DNA of 64,000 nt from Myxococcota bacterium (GCA_965250285.1 OZ252299.1:3104001-3168000), one strand, 5' to 3'; counted from the first letter of the stretch, positions 29,519 to 39,520 are shown. Notes: generated by a model not told the origin, from the letters alone. Made by a program: numbers and translations.

Positions 29519-32500
29519 TCACCGCGTCGGCGCGCTGGCTTCGGTCGGGGTCGAGCGGCCGAGGACCCGTCGCGCAGCGCGCTTCAGCGCATCGCTCGCG
29601 TCATCGATCAGGATGTAGAAGACCGGCACGACGAGCAGGGTCAGCACCGTCGAGGAGATCATGCCCGACGCCGTCGCCACGGCCATCGGGCGACGGCTCT
29701 CGGCGCCTGGACCGAAGCCGACCGCGGCCGGCAACACGCCGAAGATCATCGAGATCGCGGTCATGAGCACGGGCCGCATGCGCACGGGCGCGGCGCGGCG
29801 CATCGCTTCGACCTTGTCGAGGCCGCTCTCGCGTAGCTGGTTGGCGTAGTCGACGAGCAGGATCGAGTTCTTCGTGACCAGACCGAAGAGCAGGATCACG
29901 CCGATCAGGCTGAACATGTTGAGCGTCTGGCCCGTGGCGAGCAGTCCGCCGAGCGCGCCGACCATCGAGAGCGGCAGCGCCAGCATCACCGTGAACGGAT
30001 GCACGAGGCTCTCGAACTGCGCGGCCAGAACCATGTAGATGACGAGGATCGCGAGCCCCATCGCCGCGCCGAACTCGGCCGCGCCCTCTTCCATGGCCTC
30101 GGCCTGTCCCGAGAGCGCGAGCTGAACGCCGTCGGGGAGGATCTCGTCGGCGATCTCGCGCGCATCGGCCACCGCCGGGCCGAGCGCCTTGCCGTCCAGA
30201 TTGGCCGACACCGTCACACTGCGCTGTCGGCCGCTCCGCGTGATCGCGGAGGGGGCGGCGCCCGTCTCGACCTTCACGAGGTTGCGCAGCTCGACCACGC
30301 CGCCGTCGTTCGTCCGCACGTAGAGGCCGCCGACCTCGTCGGGGTTGCTGCGACTCTCGGCCTCGACCTGCACGCGCACGTCGTAGCGGCGGCCCGCATC
30401 CTTGAAGACCGCGACGTCCTGGCCGCCCATCGTCAGGCGGATCGCGTCGGCGATGCGGCGCGCATCGACCCCGAGCGCCGCGGCCTTCTCGCGATCGGGG
30501 GTGACCCGCAGCTCGGGCAGACCGAGCTTCAGGCTCTTCGTGAGGTCGACGAAGCCGCCGCGCTGTTCGAGCCCTTCGATCATCTGGTCGGAGAGCGCAT
30601 CGAGGTCGGAGAGCGCGAGGTTGCCCCGGATCTCGACGCTGAAGCCGCCGTCGCGACCCGACATCATCTCGCTCGGATCCTTGAGGCCAATGCGCCGCCC
30701 CGGCACCTGCTTGAGCGCGTCGCGCCCCGCTTGAATCAGCTCGAACACGGAGCGCTCGCGCTCGGCCCGCTTGTGCAGCGTGCCGAAGACCATCGCGCGG
30801 TTGCTCTGCGACAGATCGCTGTCGCCCGAGCTGCCCGCGGCCGCGAAGATGCCCGCCACCTCGGGCTGATCGAGGAACCACGATTCGTCGCGCTGCAGAT
30901 ACTCGAGCGTCGCTTCGAGCGAGGTGCCGGGCGGCGCCTCGATCGAGGCGAAGAAGAGCCCCTGATCGGTCGGCGGAAAGAACTCCCCCTGCAGCTGCGA
31001 GCCGAAGAACACCGCCAGGCCGAAGGAGGCGAGCGTGAGCATCACCGTCCAAGTGCGATGCCCGAGCGTCCACGCGAGGGCCCGTGCATAGCCGCGCTCG
31101 ACGGCGTCGAAGCCGCGCTCGAGCCGATGATAGATGCTCCCGTGCGCGCGCTCGGCGGGCGGCGGCATGCGCGCCGCGAGCATCGGCGTGAGCGTGAGCG
31201 CGACGAACAGCGAGATCATCACCGAGCTCGCCACGACGAGACCGAACTCGCCCAGGAAGCTGCCGACCGGCCCCTCGGCGAAGACCGCGGGCACGAACAC
31301 CGCTGCGACCGAGATCGTCGCGGCGGTGGCCGCGAACGCGATCTCGCGGGTGCCGTTGGCCGCCGCGTCGCGGGCCGACTCGCCCTGCTCGCGGTGTCGC
31401 TCGATGTTCTCGAGCACGACGATGGCGTCGTCGATCACGACCCCGACGGCGAGGGTCATCGCGAGCAGCGTCATGGTGTTGAGCGTGAAGCCGGCCACCC
31501 AGACGACGCCGAACGTCGCGATGAGCGAGATCGGGATCGCCAATGCGACGATGAGCGTCGGCCGCGTGCGCCGAAGGAAGACGAAGACGGTGAACACGGC
31601 GAGCAGCGCCCCGAAGACGAGCGCGAACTCGGTCTCGGCCACCGCCTCGCGCACACCCTCGGAGAAGTCGACGAAGCCCTCCTCGGGATAGATCTCGATG
31701 CCCTCGGGCAGGTTCGGCCGCATCTCATCGAGCCGAGCGAGCACCTCATCGACGATCCCGACGGTGTTCGTCCCCGCCTGTTTGCGAATCCCGAACCCGA
31801 CGGTCGGCTGACCGTTGTAGTGCGCGATCGTCGTCTCGTCCTCGCTGCCATCCTCGACGCGCGCCACGTCGCGCAGCAGAACGGGGGCGCCCCCCTCGTG
31901 CGATACGACGAGGCGCTCGAGCTCGGCCGTCGTGCGAAACTCGGCGTCGGTGCGCACTGCGTAGTCGACGCGGTCGCTCTCGACGACGCCGCCGGGCACT
32001 TCGACGTGCTCGCGGCCGATCGCGGCGACGACGTCGCTCGCGGCGAGCCCCCGCGCGCGCAGCGCATCGACGTCGAGCCAGATGCGAATGTTGCGGTCGA
32101 GCCGCCCGAAGATCGCGAGCCCGGCGACGCCTGGGATCGTCTCGAGGGCCGGCTTGATCTGGCGTCGGACGAACTCACTCACCTCGGTCTGGCTGCGCGT
32201 GAAGCGCAGCGGCACCCAGAGCACCGGCTGATCGTTCGGATCGAACTTCTCGACGATCGGCGTCTCGATGTCGTCGGGCAGCTCGAAGCGCGCGCGCGCG
32301 ACCTTGTCGCGCATGTCCTGGGCGGCGACCTCCATGTCCACGCCGAGCTCGAACTCGACGATGATCTGGGAGGCGCCCTGAAAACTCGTCGACTGAATCG
32401 AGCGCACGCCCGCGATCGTGTTGAGGTGCTCCTCCAGCACGGACGTGACGTCTTCTTCCATGCCTTCGGGGCTCGCGCCCTCGAGCGTCGCGACCACCGC

Positions 32501-32635
32501 GAGGACCGGGAACTCCATGTTCGGGAACTGATCCACGCCGAGACGCTGATAGCCGAGCATCCCGAAGACGATGAGCGCCAGGGTCATCATCCACGTGAGG
32601 ATCGGCCGCCGAATCGAGATGTCGGAGAGCGTCAT
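29519..32635 (-). CDS. RND efflux transporter permease (AcrB/AcrD/AcrF family)
   Basis: SIRRP, VGVVIDDAIVVLENI, LTLTPML, LVTKNSILLVD, RMRPVLMT. Confidence 0.96.
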   Translation of the reverse strand: MTLSDISIRRPILTWMMTLALIVFGMLGYQRLGVDQFPNMEFPVLAVVATLEGASPEGMEEDVTSVLEEHLNTIAGVRSIQSTSFQGASQIIVEFELGVDMEVAAQDMRDKVARARFELPDDIETPIVEKFDPNDQPVLWVPLRFTRSQTEVSEFVRRQIKPALETIPGVAGLAIFGRLDRNIRIWLDVDALRARGLAASDVVAAIGREHVEVPGGVVESDRVDYAVRTDAEFRTTAELERLVVSHEGGAPVLLRDVARVEDGSEDETTIAHYNGQPTVGFGIRKQAGTNTVGIVDEVLARLDEMRPNLPEGIEIYPEEGFVDFSEGVREAVAETEFALVFGALLAVFTVFVFLRRTRPTLIVALAIPISLIATFGVVWVAGFTLNTMTLLAMTLAVGVVIDDAIVVLENIERHREQGESARDAAANGTREIAFAATAATISVAAVFVPAVFAEGPVGSFLGEFGLVVASSVMISLFVALTLTPMLAARMPPPAERAHGSIYHRLERGFDAVERGYARALAWTLGHRTWTVMLTLASFGLAVFFGSQLQGEFFPPTDQGLFFASIEAPPGTSLEATLEYLQRDESWFLDQPEVAGIFAAAGSSGDSDLSQSNRAMVFGTLHKRAERERSVFELIQAGRDALKQVPGRRIGLKDPSEMMSGRDGGFSVEIRGNLALSDLDALSDQMIEGLEQRGGFVDLTKSLKLGLPELRVTPDREKAAALGVDARRIADAIRLTMGGQDVAVFKDAGRRYDVRVQVEAESRSNPDEVGGLYVRTNDGGVVELRNLVKVETGAAPSAITRSGRQRSVTVSANLDGKALGPAVADAREIADEILPDGVQLALSGQAEAMEEGAAEFGAAMGLAILVIYMVLAAQFESLVHPFTVMLALPLSMVGALGGLLATGQTLNMFSLIGVILLFGLVTKNSILLVDYANQLRESGLDKVEAMRRAAPVRMRPVLMTAISMIFGVLPAAVGFGPGAESRRPMAVATASGMISSTVLTLLVVPVFYILIDDASDALKRAARRVLGRSTPTEASAPTR

Positions 32636-33795
32636 CGCGAAGCCTCGGTGCCGGCGGCGCTTTCGAGGGGAGCCCCGTCGGCCGACCGCAGAGAGACCTT
32701 CGCGCCGTCGATCAGCCCGACCTGACCGCGCACGATGACGCGGTCGCCGACGGCGAGTGATCCGATGGCCTCGACGTGGCCCTCGCGGTGCAGGCCGGTC
32801 TGGATCCGCACGCGCTCGACCCGGTCGCTGCCCTTCAGTCGAAACACGATCGAGCCGTCGGATCGCTGCAAGACCGCCTCTTCGGGGATCATCGTGACGC
32901 CTCCCCGCTCGGCCACGCCCAGGTCGACGCGCGCGAACGTGCCGGGCCGCAGCCGGCCGTCGCCATTCGGCAGCACGGCCTTGACCCGCAGCGTGCGCGT
33001 GCGGGGATCGATCGTCGGCGAGATGGCCGAGACCGTGGCGTCGAAGACGGCGTCCGGGAACGGCGCGACGCGCACGCCGACGGGATCGCCCAGCTCGACC
33101 CGGCTCGAGTCGACCTCGGCCAGACGGAACGAGACTTCGACGGGATCGAGCACGACGAGCCGCAGCAGTGGCTGTCCGACCGTGAGGAACTCGCCCGGGC
33201 TGACGTGGCGCTCGGCCACCAGCCCGGCGAAGGGCGCCCGCACCGTCGAATCGGCCAGTGCCCGTTCGGCGAGCCCGAGCCCCGCCCGGGCGGCTCGCCG
33301 CCGCGCCTCGGCCAGCTCGAGCTGCGTGCGCGCCTCGTCGACCTGCGACGTCGAGGCGGCATTGCGGGCCGAGAGCTGCTCGACCCGCTTCATCTCACGC
33401 CGGGCCTCGGCCACCGCAGCCTCGGCCTCGGCCAGCTGTGCGCGACTCTGCCCCAACTCGAGCTCTCGGCGCGCGGGATCGATCGCGAGCAGCGGCTGCC
33501 CCGATTCGACGGCGTCGCCCTCGTCGAACGAGAGCGCGGTCACCTCGCCCCCGACCTGCGATGCGATGGTCGCCGAATCCTTCGCGACCAGCTCACCGGT
33601 GGCTTCGACGCGGTCGACGACGTCCCAGCCCTCGACCGGCGCCGCCATGACGGGCGCCGCCGAGAGCAGCGGCGCCGTCACCTTCTCTTCACCACACCCG
33701 ACGACCACCGCAACGCCGACCGAGAGCAGCGCCGCGAAGCGCAGCCGGCTGCGCCCCGTGCGTGCGTGCATCGCTTCGCGTCTTCGACCGATCAC
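32632..33795 (-). CDS. RND efflux periplasmic adaptor (MFP)
   Basis: Lipobox-like VVGC, EGDAVESGQPL, VRAPFAG, IDPRTRT, LRPGTF. Confidence 0.93.
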   Translation of the reverse strand: MIGRRREAMHARTGRSRLRFAALLSVGVAVVVGCGEEKVTAPLLSAAPVMAAPVEGWDVVDRVEATGELVAKDSATIASQVGGEVTALSFDEGDAVESGQPLLAIDPARRELELGQSRAQLAEAEAAVAEARREMKRVEQLSARNAASTSQVDEARTQLELAEARRRAARAGLGLAERALADSTVRAPFAGLVAERHVSPGEFLTVGQPLLRLVVLDPVEVSFRLAEVDSSRVELGDPVGVRVAPFPDAVFDATVSAISPTIDPRTRTLRVKAVLPNGDGRLRPGTFARVDLGVAERGGVTMIPEEAVLQRSDGSIVFRLKGSDRVERVRIQTGLHREGHVEAIGSLAVGDRVIVRGQVGLIDGAKVSLRSADGAPLESAAGTEASR

Positions 33796-34451
33796 GACTG
33801 CGCCCCGCGCGCGGTCGGCGCGCTCGATCCATTGCGGCGCACCGCCGCGTCGGCGGCAGGCAGAATCGTGCCCGCGATCATGCCGCGGAGCGCGACGTCG
33901 AGCAGACGCTCGTCCCAGTCGCGCTCGGGGTGCGTCACCTGGAGCGACACGACGCCGTGCACCAGCGCCCAGTACGCATCCTTCGTCAGATCGAGATCGG
34001 TGTGCGCGAGTCGCCCCTGTGACGCGAGTCGCTCCAGTGGCTCGGCGAGCAGCTGCGTGCAGACGTCGGCCGACGGCGGGCGCGCATCGGGGCGGGCCGC
34101 CGATCGCGTGAAGAGCAGATAGTGCGCCGGGTGAGCGCGCCCGAAGTCGGCGAAGACGCGCGCGCGGCCGCAGAGCTGCTCGACGGCCTCATCCGCGTCG
34201 CCAACGCTTCGCAGCGCGTCGGCGAGCTCGGCGAGGCGCAGTTCGAGCAGGTCGGCGAGCAGGTGCTGCTTGTCGCCGAAGTGTCGGTAGATGATCGGCG
34301 CCGAGTGCCCGCACTCCGCGACGAGCCGACGAATCGAGAACGAAGACTCACCACCGGTCGCGAGCAGCTGGTCCGCCTGCTCGAGGATCGTGCGGCGGAC
34401 ATGCTCGGCGCTGGGGATCGATGTGGTCGCAGACCGGGCCCCGAGTGACAT
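33792..34451 (-). CDS. TetR/AcrR family regulator
   Basis: FSIRRLVAECGHSAPIIYRHF HTH, WALVHG (WHG-type C-terminus); first gene of the pump operon. Confidence 0.9.
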   Translation of the reverse strand: MSLGARSATTSIPSAEHVRRTILEQADQLLATGGESSFSIRRLVAECGHSAPIIYRHFGDKQHLLADLLELRLAELADALRSVGDADEAVEQLCGRARVFADFGRAHPAHYLLFTRSAARPDARPPSADVCTQLLAEPLERLASQGRLAHTDLDLTKDAYWALVHGVVSLQVTHPERDWDERLLDVALRGMIAGTILPAADAAVRRNGSSAPTARGAQS

Positions 34452-34545
34452 GCGATGCTCTCCGTGATTGGAACACCCAATCGTGTCGTCCATGGCCCAG
34501 GCGGGCGCCGACGCGCACGCGACGCCGACAGCGCTCAGATGCCTG

Positions 34546-34558
34546 CTAACGCCGTTAG
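34546..34558. promoter_or_regulatory. candidate TetR operator
   Basis: Palindrome CTAAC-GCC-GTTAG upstream of tetR; further inverted repeats at 34466-34482 and 34618-34644. Confidence 0.45.
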
Positions 34559-34716
34559 AGGCCCGATCGGATAGCACAACCCGCCCACACCCGGCTTGCC
34601 GGCACCCGCCTTCTTCGAACACACGTTCTTACGGCTCGTGTGTTTTCGGCCTCTCGGGTGAAATAGTTTGAATTCGTGCGACAGAGCACAAGTCGGACGC
34701 GTCGGCGCCCGCTAGC

Positions 34717-36141
34717 GTGACATCCAACTGGCGGAGCACCCGTCCCCTCCGCCGGAGCCAGCCCGTGGCCAGCGTTGTCTCTGCCCGACTCCTGAACGCG
34801 TTTCTGCGCGCCCTCGTGGCGCAGAACGTCGACGTCGATTCGATCGTCGGTGACCTGCCGATCGAATCGACGGACGACCCGTCGCGCACGGCCCTGATCG
34901 CATGGGACGACGTCGCAGAGCTCGGCGTTCGGCTCGAGCGGCGTCTCGGCGGTGCTGATGCCCTCGTCGACCTGGGCGCGACCCTCGCCGCTTCACACCC
35001 GATGCCCGCGATGCGGCGACTGGCCGGCGTGACATCGGGCTCGCACGCGCTCTACCGCACGGCGCTGCGCTGGCTCGAGCTTCACATGCCGCGGGATCTC
35101 ACCACCCACGTGCGTGGGGTCGGCGAGGATCAGCTCGAGATTCGCATCATCATGCCTTCGGGCAGCGCCTCGTGCCCGGCCTTCTTCCACCTGCTCGAGG
35201 GCATCGCCCGGTCACTGCCCCGACAGCTCGATCTCGACGAGGCCGTCGTGACGTCGCGTATTCAGTCGAACGCGGCGACGTTCGTCGTCACGCCGCCGAC
35301 CAGCGGAACGATCTGGCGGCGGGGTCTGCGCAGCCTGCGCACGCTGCTCGGCTCGAATGCCGCCCTCGCCGAGCTCGAGGAAGACCGACACCGGCTGCGT
35401 CATGACGTCGATCAGCTGGAGCGCGCGCTCTTCGACACGACCGCCCGAGAGTCGACACTGCGCACACTCGTCGCCGGCAGCACCGAGCTGTTGCTCGTCG
35501 TCGGCCACGACGGCCGAATCCATGCGGCGAGCGAATCCTCGCGCCGGGTGACGGGGTATGTGCCCGACCAGATCGTCGGCAGCCACCTGGCGCTCTGGTT
35601 CCACCGCGACGACGACGCCGCGATCCGCGGCCTGCTCGATCGGGCCTTCTCGGGTGAACGCTTCGACTCGGCCGACGGATTGCGCGCGCGGCACGAAGAC
35701 GGCCGCTGGCTCGACACGCACGTCGAGCAGCGCGGCGGGCGACTCGACGGCGATCTACACGGCGTCGTCCTCGCCGTCGCGCCCGCTCGCCATCCCGACG
35801 AGCACGCCGACCGCGACGAGCTGGCAGCGCGGCTGCAGCGCCTCGAACGCCGACACGACGAGCTCAAGGAAGCGTACGAGAAGCTTCGACAATCGCGGCA
35901 GTCACGCCCGGCACATCACCTCGACACGCTGATCGACGCTTCGGTGGCCGCTGCGGTCGGCCCCGACGCCGAGCCCGACGACGCCGCGCCGAGCGCGAGT
36001 CAGTCGGCCTCGCGCTCGATCTCGACGCCGGGCTCGGGTCAGTCGGCCTCGCGCTCGATGTCGACGCCAAGCGCGGGTCAGTCGGCCTCGCGTTCGATGT
36101 CGACGCCGAGCGCGCGCAGCTTCTCTTCGAGGCGTTCGTAG
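34717..36141 (+). CDS. PAS domain sensor-like protein without obvious output domain
   Basis: PAS motifs (VTGY.P..IVG, WFH.DD, RHEDGRW) flanked by coiled coils; repeat-derived C-terminal tail. Confidence 0.75.
   Translation: MTSNWRSTRPLRRSQPVASVVSARLLNAFLRALVAQNVDVDSIVGDLPIESTDDPSRTALIAWDDVAELGVRLERRLGGADALVDLGATLAASHPMPAMRRLAGVTSGSHALYRTALRWLELHMPRDLTTHVRGVGEDQLEIRIIMPSGSASCPAFFHLLEGIARSLPRQLDLDEAVVTSRIQSNAATFVVTPPTSGTIWRRGLRSLRTLLGSNAALAELEEDRHRLRHDVDQLERALFDTTARESTLRTLVAGSTELLLVVGHDGRIHAASESSRRVTGYVPDQIVGSHLALWFHRDDDAAIRGLLDRAFSGERFDSADGLRARHEDGRWLDTHVEQRGGRLDGDLHGVVLAVAPARHPDEHADRDELAARLQRLERRHDELKEAYEKLRQSRQSRPAHHLDTLIDASVAAAVGPDAEPDDAAPSASQSASRSISTPGSGQSASRSMSTPSAGQSASRSMSTPSARSFSSRRS
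35987..36116. repeat. 39-bp tandem repeat x3.3 covering the murA 3-prime end
   Basis: Units begin TCAGTCGGCCTCGCG at 36000, 36039 and 36078. Confidence 0.92.
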
Positions 36142-37358
36142 CCCCGATCGAGGATCTCGGCGTTCTGCACGATGCTGGGCCGACCGGTCGCACAACACGC
36201 CGCGATCACCAGCGCCATGCCCGCGCGAATATCGGGGCTGCGCACGGTCTGCCCGCGCAGCGCCGTCTTGCCGCTCACGATGGCGCGGTGCGGATCGCAC
36301 ACCACGATGTTCGCGCCCATCTGGATCAGCGGGTCGACGAAGTAGAGCCGGCTCTCGAACATCTTCTCGAAGAAGAGCACGGTGCCCTCGGCCTGGGTGG
36401 CGAGCACGAGGATCGGGCTCATCATGTCGCTCGGAAACTGCGGCCAGGGGCCATCGTCGACCCGCGGCATCGCGCCGCCCGCGTCGTGCTGGATGCGCGC
36501 GCGTTGGCCGGGCGGGAGCACGACGCAGTCGCTGCGCAGATCGAGCTCGATCCCGAAGCGCTCGAACACGCGGTTGGTCATCCAGTAGTGGCTTCGCACG
36601 GTGTCGCGGACGGTGATCTCGCCGCCCATCGCGGCGGCGAGCGCGAGAAAGCTGCCGACCTCGATGTGATCGGACACCACGCGATGCGTCGCGCCGTGGA
36701 GCTTCTCGACGCCCCGCACGGTCAGCGTGTTGGTGCCCATCCCGGTGATGTCAGCGCCCATCGAGTTGAGAAGCGCCGCGAGATCCTGCACGTGCGGCTC
36801 GCCGGCTGCATTGAGCAGCGTCGTTTCGCCATCGGCCAGCACGGCGGCCATCAGGATGTGTTCGGTGGCGGTGACGCTCGCTTCGTCGAAGAAGAGCATG
36901 GCCGACTGGAAGCGACCGTCGACCTCGAAGGCGAAGGAGTGCTCGTCGACCTCGGCGCCGAGCCCCCGCAATCCGTAGAAGTGGGCATCGAGGCGACGTC
37001 GGCCGATCTGGTCGCCACCGGGCGGTGACAACTTCGCGCGCCCGAGCCGCGCGAGCAGCGGCGCCACGAAGAGCACCGACGTGCGCGTCTGATCGCAGAG
37101 GGCTTCCGACACCTCGTAGGTTTCGAGATTGGCTGCGGTGATCGACACCCGACCGGGTGAGCGCTCGACACGCGCCCCCAGGCTCTCGGCAATCTCGAGC
37201 ATGCTCGCGACGTCCCGCAGGTCGGGGACGTTCTCGAGCACGACCTCTTCATCGGTCAGCAGCGCCGCCGACAGCATGGGCAGCACCGCGTTCTTGTTGC
37301 CGCTGGCCTCGATCTCTCCGGCGATCGGGGATCCACCCCGGATCACGAACCTGCTCAT
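36078..37358 (-). CDS. murA: UDP-N-acetylglucosamine 1-carboxyvinyltransferase
   Basis: SGNKNAVLP, PGGDQIGRR, ASVTATE, AAGEPHV, PWPQFPSD, MFESRL, PDIRAG, DRGYE. Confidence 0.95.
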   Translation of the reverse strand: MSRFVIRGGSPIAGEIEASGNKNAVLPMLSAALLTDEEVVLENVPDLRDVASMLEIAESLGARVERSPGRVSITAANLETYEVSEALCDQTRTSVLFVAPLLARLGRAKLSPPGGDQIGRRRLDAHFYGLRGLGAEVDEHSFAFEVDGRFQSAMLFFDEASVTATEHILMAAVLADGETTLLNAAGEPHVQDLAALLNSMGADITGMGTNTLTVRGVEKLHGATHRVVSDHIEVGSFLALAAAMGGEITVRDTVRSHYWMTNRVFERFGIELDLRSDCVVLPPGQRARIQHDAGGAMPRVDDGPWPQFPSDMMSPILVLATQAEGTVLFFEKMFESRLYFVDPLIQMGANIVVCDPHRAIVSGKTALRGQTVRSPDIRAGMALVIAACCATGRPSIVQNAEILDRGYERLEEKLRALGVDIEREAD

Positions 37359-37467
37359 CGTCCCCCCTCCGGCGGGCAGCGTAGGGCAAGATCCGACCCG
37401 GCGCGCCGCTGCGTCGGATTCTTCGTTTGCGATCGGGGCTCGACCTGGGGAACGCTACGGCCCGTCC

Positions 37468-38232
37468 ATGGAACTCGACCCGCTGCACTTCTACGAGACC
37501 GCGACGCGCGTGGTCATCGGCGTCGCGATCTGCGTCTTCGCGCTGCTGCTGCTGATCGACGCGCCGTACGGCCGCTTCGTGAGCGACGCCTGGGGGCCGA
37601 CGCTCCCGGCCCGCTTCGGATGGGTCGTGATGGAGGCCGCGGCGCCCGTCGCGATGGCCATCACGTTCTTTCGAGGTGCGGGTCGGAGCGACGTCGTGCC
37701 GCTCTTCTTCTTCGCGCTCTTCCAGCTGCACTATCTGAATCGGGCGGTGATCCAGCCCTTGCGCACGCGAGGCTCGAATCGCCGCACGACGCTCTTCATC
37801 GTCGTGGCGGCCCTGATCTTCAACAGCGTGAACGGCGTGTTGATCGGCCTCGCGCTCACGTACGTCCATACGTACGACACGAGCTGGCTCACCGATCCCC
37901 GATTCATCGTGGGCCTGGCAATCTTCGCGATCGGGGCCGGCATCAACCTGCACGCCGACTCGGTGCTGCGGCATCTGCGCGCGCCGGGAGAGTCGGGCTA
38001 CCGCATCCCGCGCGGCGGGCTCTGTCGCTGGGTGACCTGCCCCAACTATCTCGGCGAGATCATCGAATGGCTCGGCTTCGCGATCGCCACGTGGAGCACA
38101 GCGGGCCTCGCCTTCGCGTGCTTCACGATCGCGAACCTCGCGCCCCGCGCGCTCGCGAACCACCGCTGGTATCACGAGCACTTCGAGGACTACCCCGAAG
38201 AGCGCCGCGCGATCATTCCGCGCGTGGTGTGA
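37468..38232 (+). CDS. steroid 5-alpha-reductase family protein (3-oxo-5-alpha-steroid 4-dehydrogenase)
   Basis: APYGR, HY..R, INLHAD..L..LR, YRIPRGG, PNYLGEIIEW, NLAPRA...H.WY. Confidence 0.9.
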   Translation: MELDPLHFYETATRVVIGVAICVFALLLLIDAPYGRFVSDAWGPTLPARFGWVVMEAAAPVAMAITFFRGAGRSDVVPLFFFALFQLHYLNRAVIQPLRTRGSNRRTTLFIVVAALIFNSVNGVLIGLALTYVHTYDTSWLTDPRFIVGLAIFAIGAGINLHADSVLRHLRAPGESGYRIPRGGLCRWVTCPNYLGEIIEWLGFAIATWSTAGLAFACFTIANLAPRALANHRWYHEHFEDYPEERRAIIPRVV

Positions 38233-38258
38233 CCCGCCAACGATGCCGCCGCAGCGCG

Positions 38259-38756
38259 CTACTCGACGACGGTGATCGTCACGACCTCAGAGTAGACCGG
38301 CGGATCATGGGGCACGTGCGCGTGGTCACCCAGCAAGAGCTGCAGCGTGTGGGTGCCGGGCGGCAGGTCGAGCTCGACCTCGGTCTGCCCGCCGCCGAAG
38401 TGCTTGTGCTTCTCGTCCGCCGGGATCGGCATGTCGGTCGGCGGCAGGGGCGCGTCGATGACGAGGTGATGATGCCCCGTGCCCGGCTTCTGCACGCCCG
38501 CCGGTGCGATGCCCATGCCCGAGAGACCGAACTGCACGAGCACCGGCGAGGTCACCTCGGCCCCGTCGTCCGGCCCGATCACGTAGACGCGCGTGCCCGG
38601 GTTCGATGGACTGCGCGGGATGCCCCCCTCGGCCGAGGCGAACGCGGCGAAGAGGACCGCGCCGACGCCGGCTGCGAGCGCGGCCGTCGCGATCGTGACG
38701 ACGAGCCGAGCGCCGAGGGTGCGGGGGCGAGCCGGTGAGGACGTGCGCGATGCCAT
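38259..38756 (-). CDS. DUF4399 family exported protein
   Basis: V.FGL.GM..APAG, TGHHHLVID, HFGGGQTE, PGTHTLQLLLGDHAH. Confidence 0.85.
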   Translation of the reverse strand: MASRTSSPARPRTLGARLVVTIATAALAAGVGAVLFAAFASAEGGIPRSPSNPGTRVYVIGPDDGAEVTSPVLVQFGLSGMGIAPAGVQKPGTGHHHLVIDAPLPPTDMPIPADEKHKHFGGGQTEVELDLPPGTHTLQLLLGDHAHVPHDPPVYSEVVTITVVE

Positions 38757-39016
38757 GGTCGAGGTCTCCCTTGAGCGAGCGTGCGGATCGAATGATCGGG
38801 CGTTGCCGAGCGTAGCAGCGACACGCTCGACGCATCGCTGCCCACCGCCATTCGTGCCTTGGGCGAGCGCGTTGCGCGACGGCGCGGATCCGGTCGTGTG
38901 TAGAGACCGACCCGGGTGTGGTCGCGCTCGCATGAATCGCGCACTCTCCCTGCCGGCCGAGGCGACCGCGTTCGTCCGCACGCCCTCGCACAGGCCGAGA
39001 CGAGGATCTGCCCGCC

Positions 39017-39520
39017 ATGCTTGATTCGCTGCCCGCGCCGTACACCCCCGACGAGCTGAAGCACTTTCTCGATACGTTCCTGTACAAGGAGGAGGCCTTC
39101 CTCGTCGACGAGATCGTGCGCATGGACGCCGAAGCCGGCCTCGTCGAAGCCCGGATGGACACCGAGCGCCCCCTGCCCTTCGCCGCAGCGCAGCGCACTG
39201 GCCCCAACCATCCGGGCCATGTCTCGGGCGCCGAGATCATCATGATCACGGGCGGCCTCGGCTGCTTGCACGCCTGGTTCTTTCACGGCTGCCGCTGGGA
39301 CGAGGGCTGGGCGGGTTTCGGCAACCGCATTCACCGCGCGGACTTCAAGCGACTCGCACGCCTCGGCCCCCCCCTCGAGCTCGTCTCTCGCGAGACGCGC
39401 AAGCGCGTCGGCGCGCGCCGCGTGCTGCTCACGTACGAGTTCGAGTTCAGCCAGGAAGGCGAGCTCGTCTACAAGAGCGAGCAGACGGCGATGTTCTTCA
39501 AGGATCAAGCGCTGGTCTGA
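39017..39520 (+). CDS. hot-dog fold protein, FabA/FabZ-like
   Basis: AFLVDEI, HPGHVSGAEII, F.RLAR.GPPL pattern reminiscent of acyl-ACP dehydratases. Confidence 0.55.
   Translation: MLDSLPAPYTPDELKHFLDTFLYKEEAFLVDEIVRMDAEAGLVEARMDTERPLPFAAAQRTGPNHPGHVSGAEIIMITGGLGCLHAWFFHGCRWDEGWAGFGNRIHRADFKRLARLGPPLELVSRETRKRVGARRVLLTYEFEFSQEGELVYKSEQTAMFFKDQALV

Noticed and set aside
29999..32725. 908-aa plus-strand ORF
   Set aside because: Antisense shadow of the RND permease; typical high-GC artefact with no motifs
35987..36116. Possible CRISPR mini-array
   Set aside because: The short variable parts are homologous to each other, and the unit is the murA coding end
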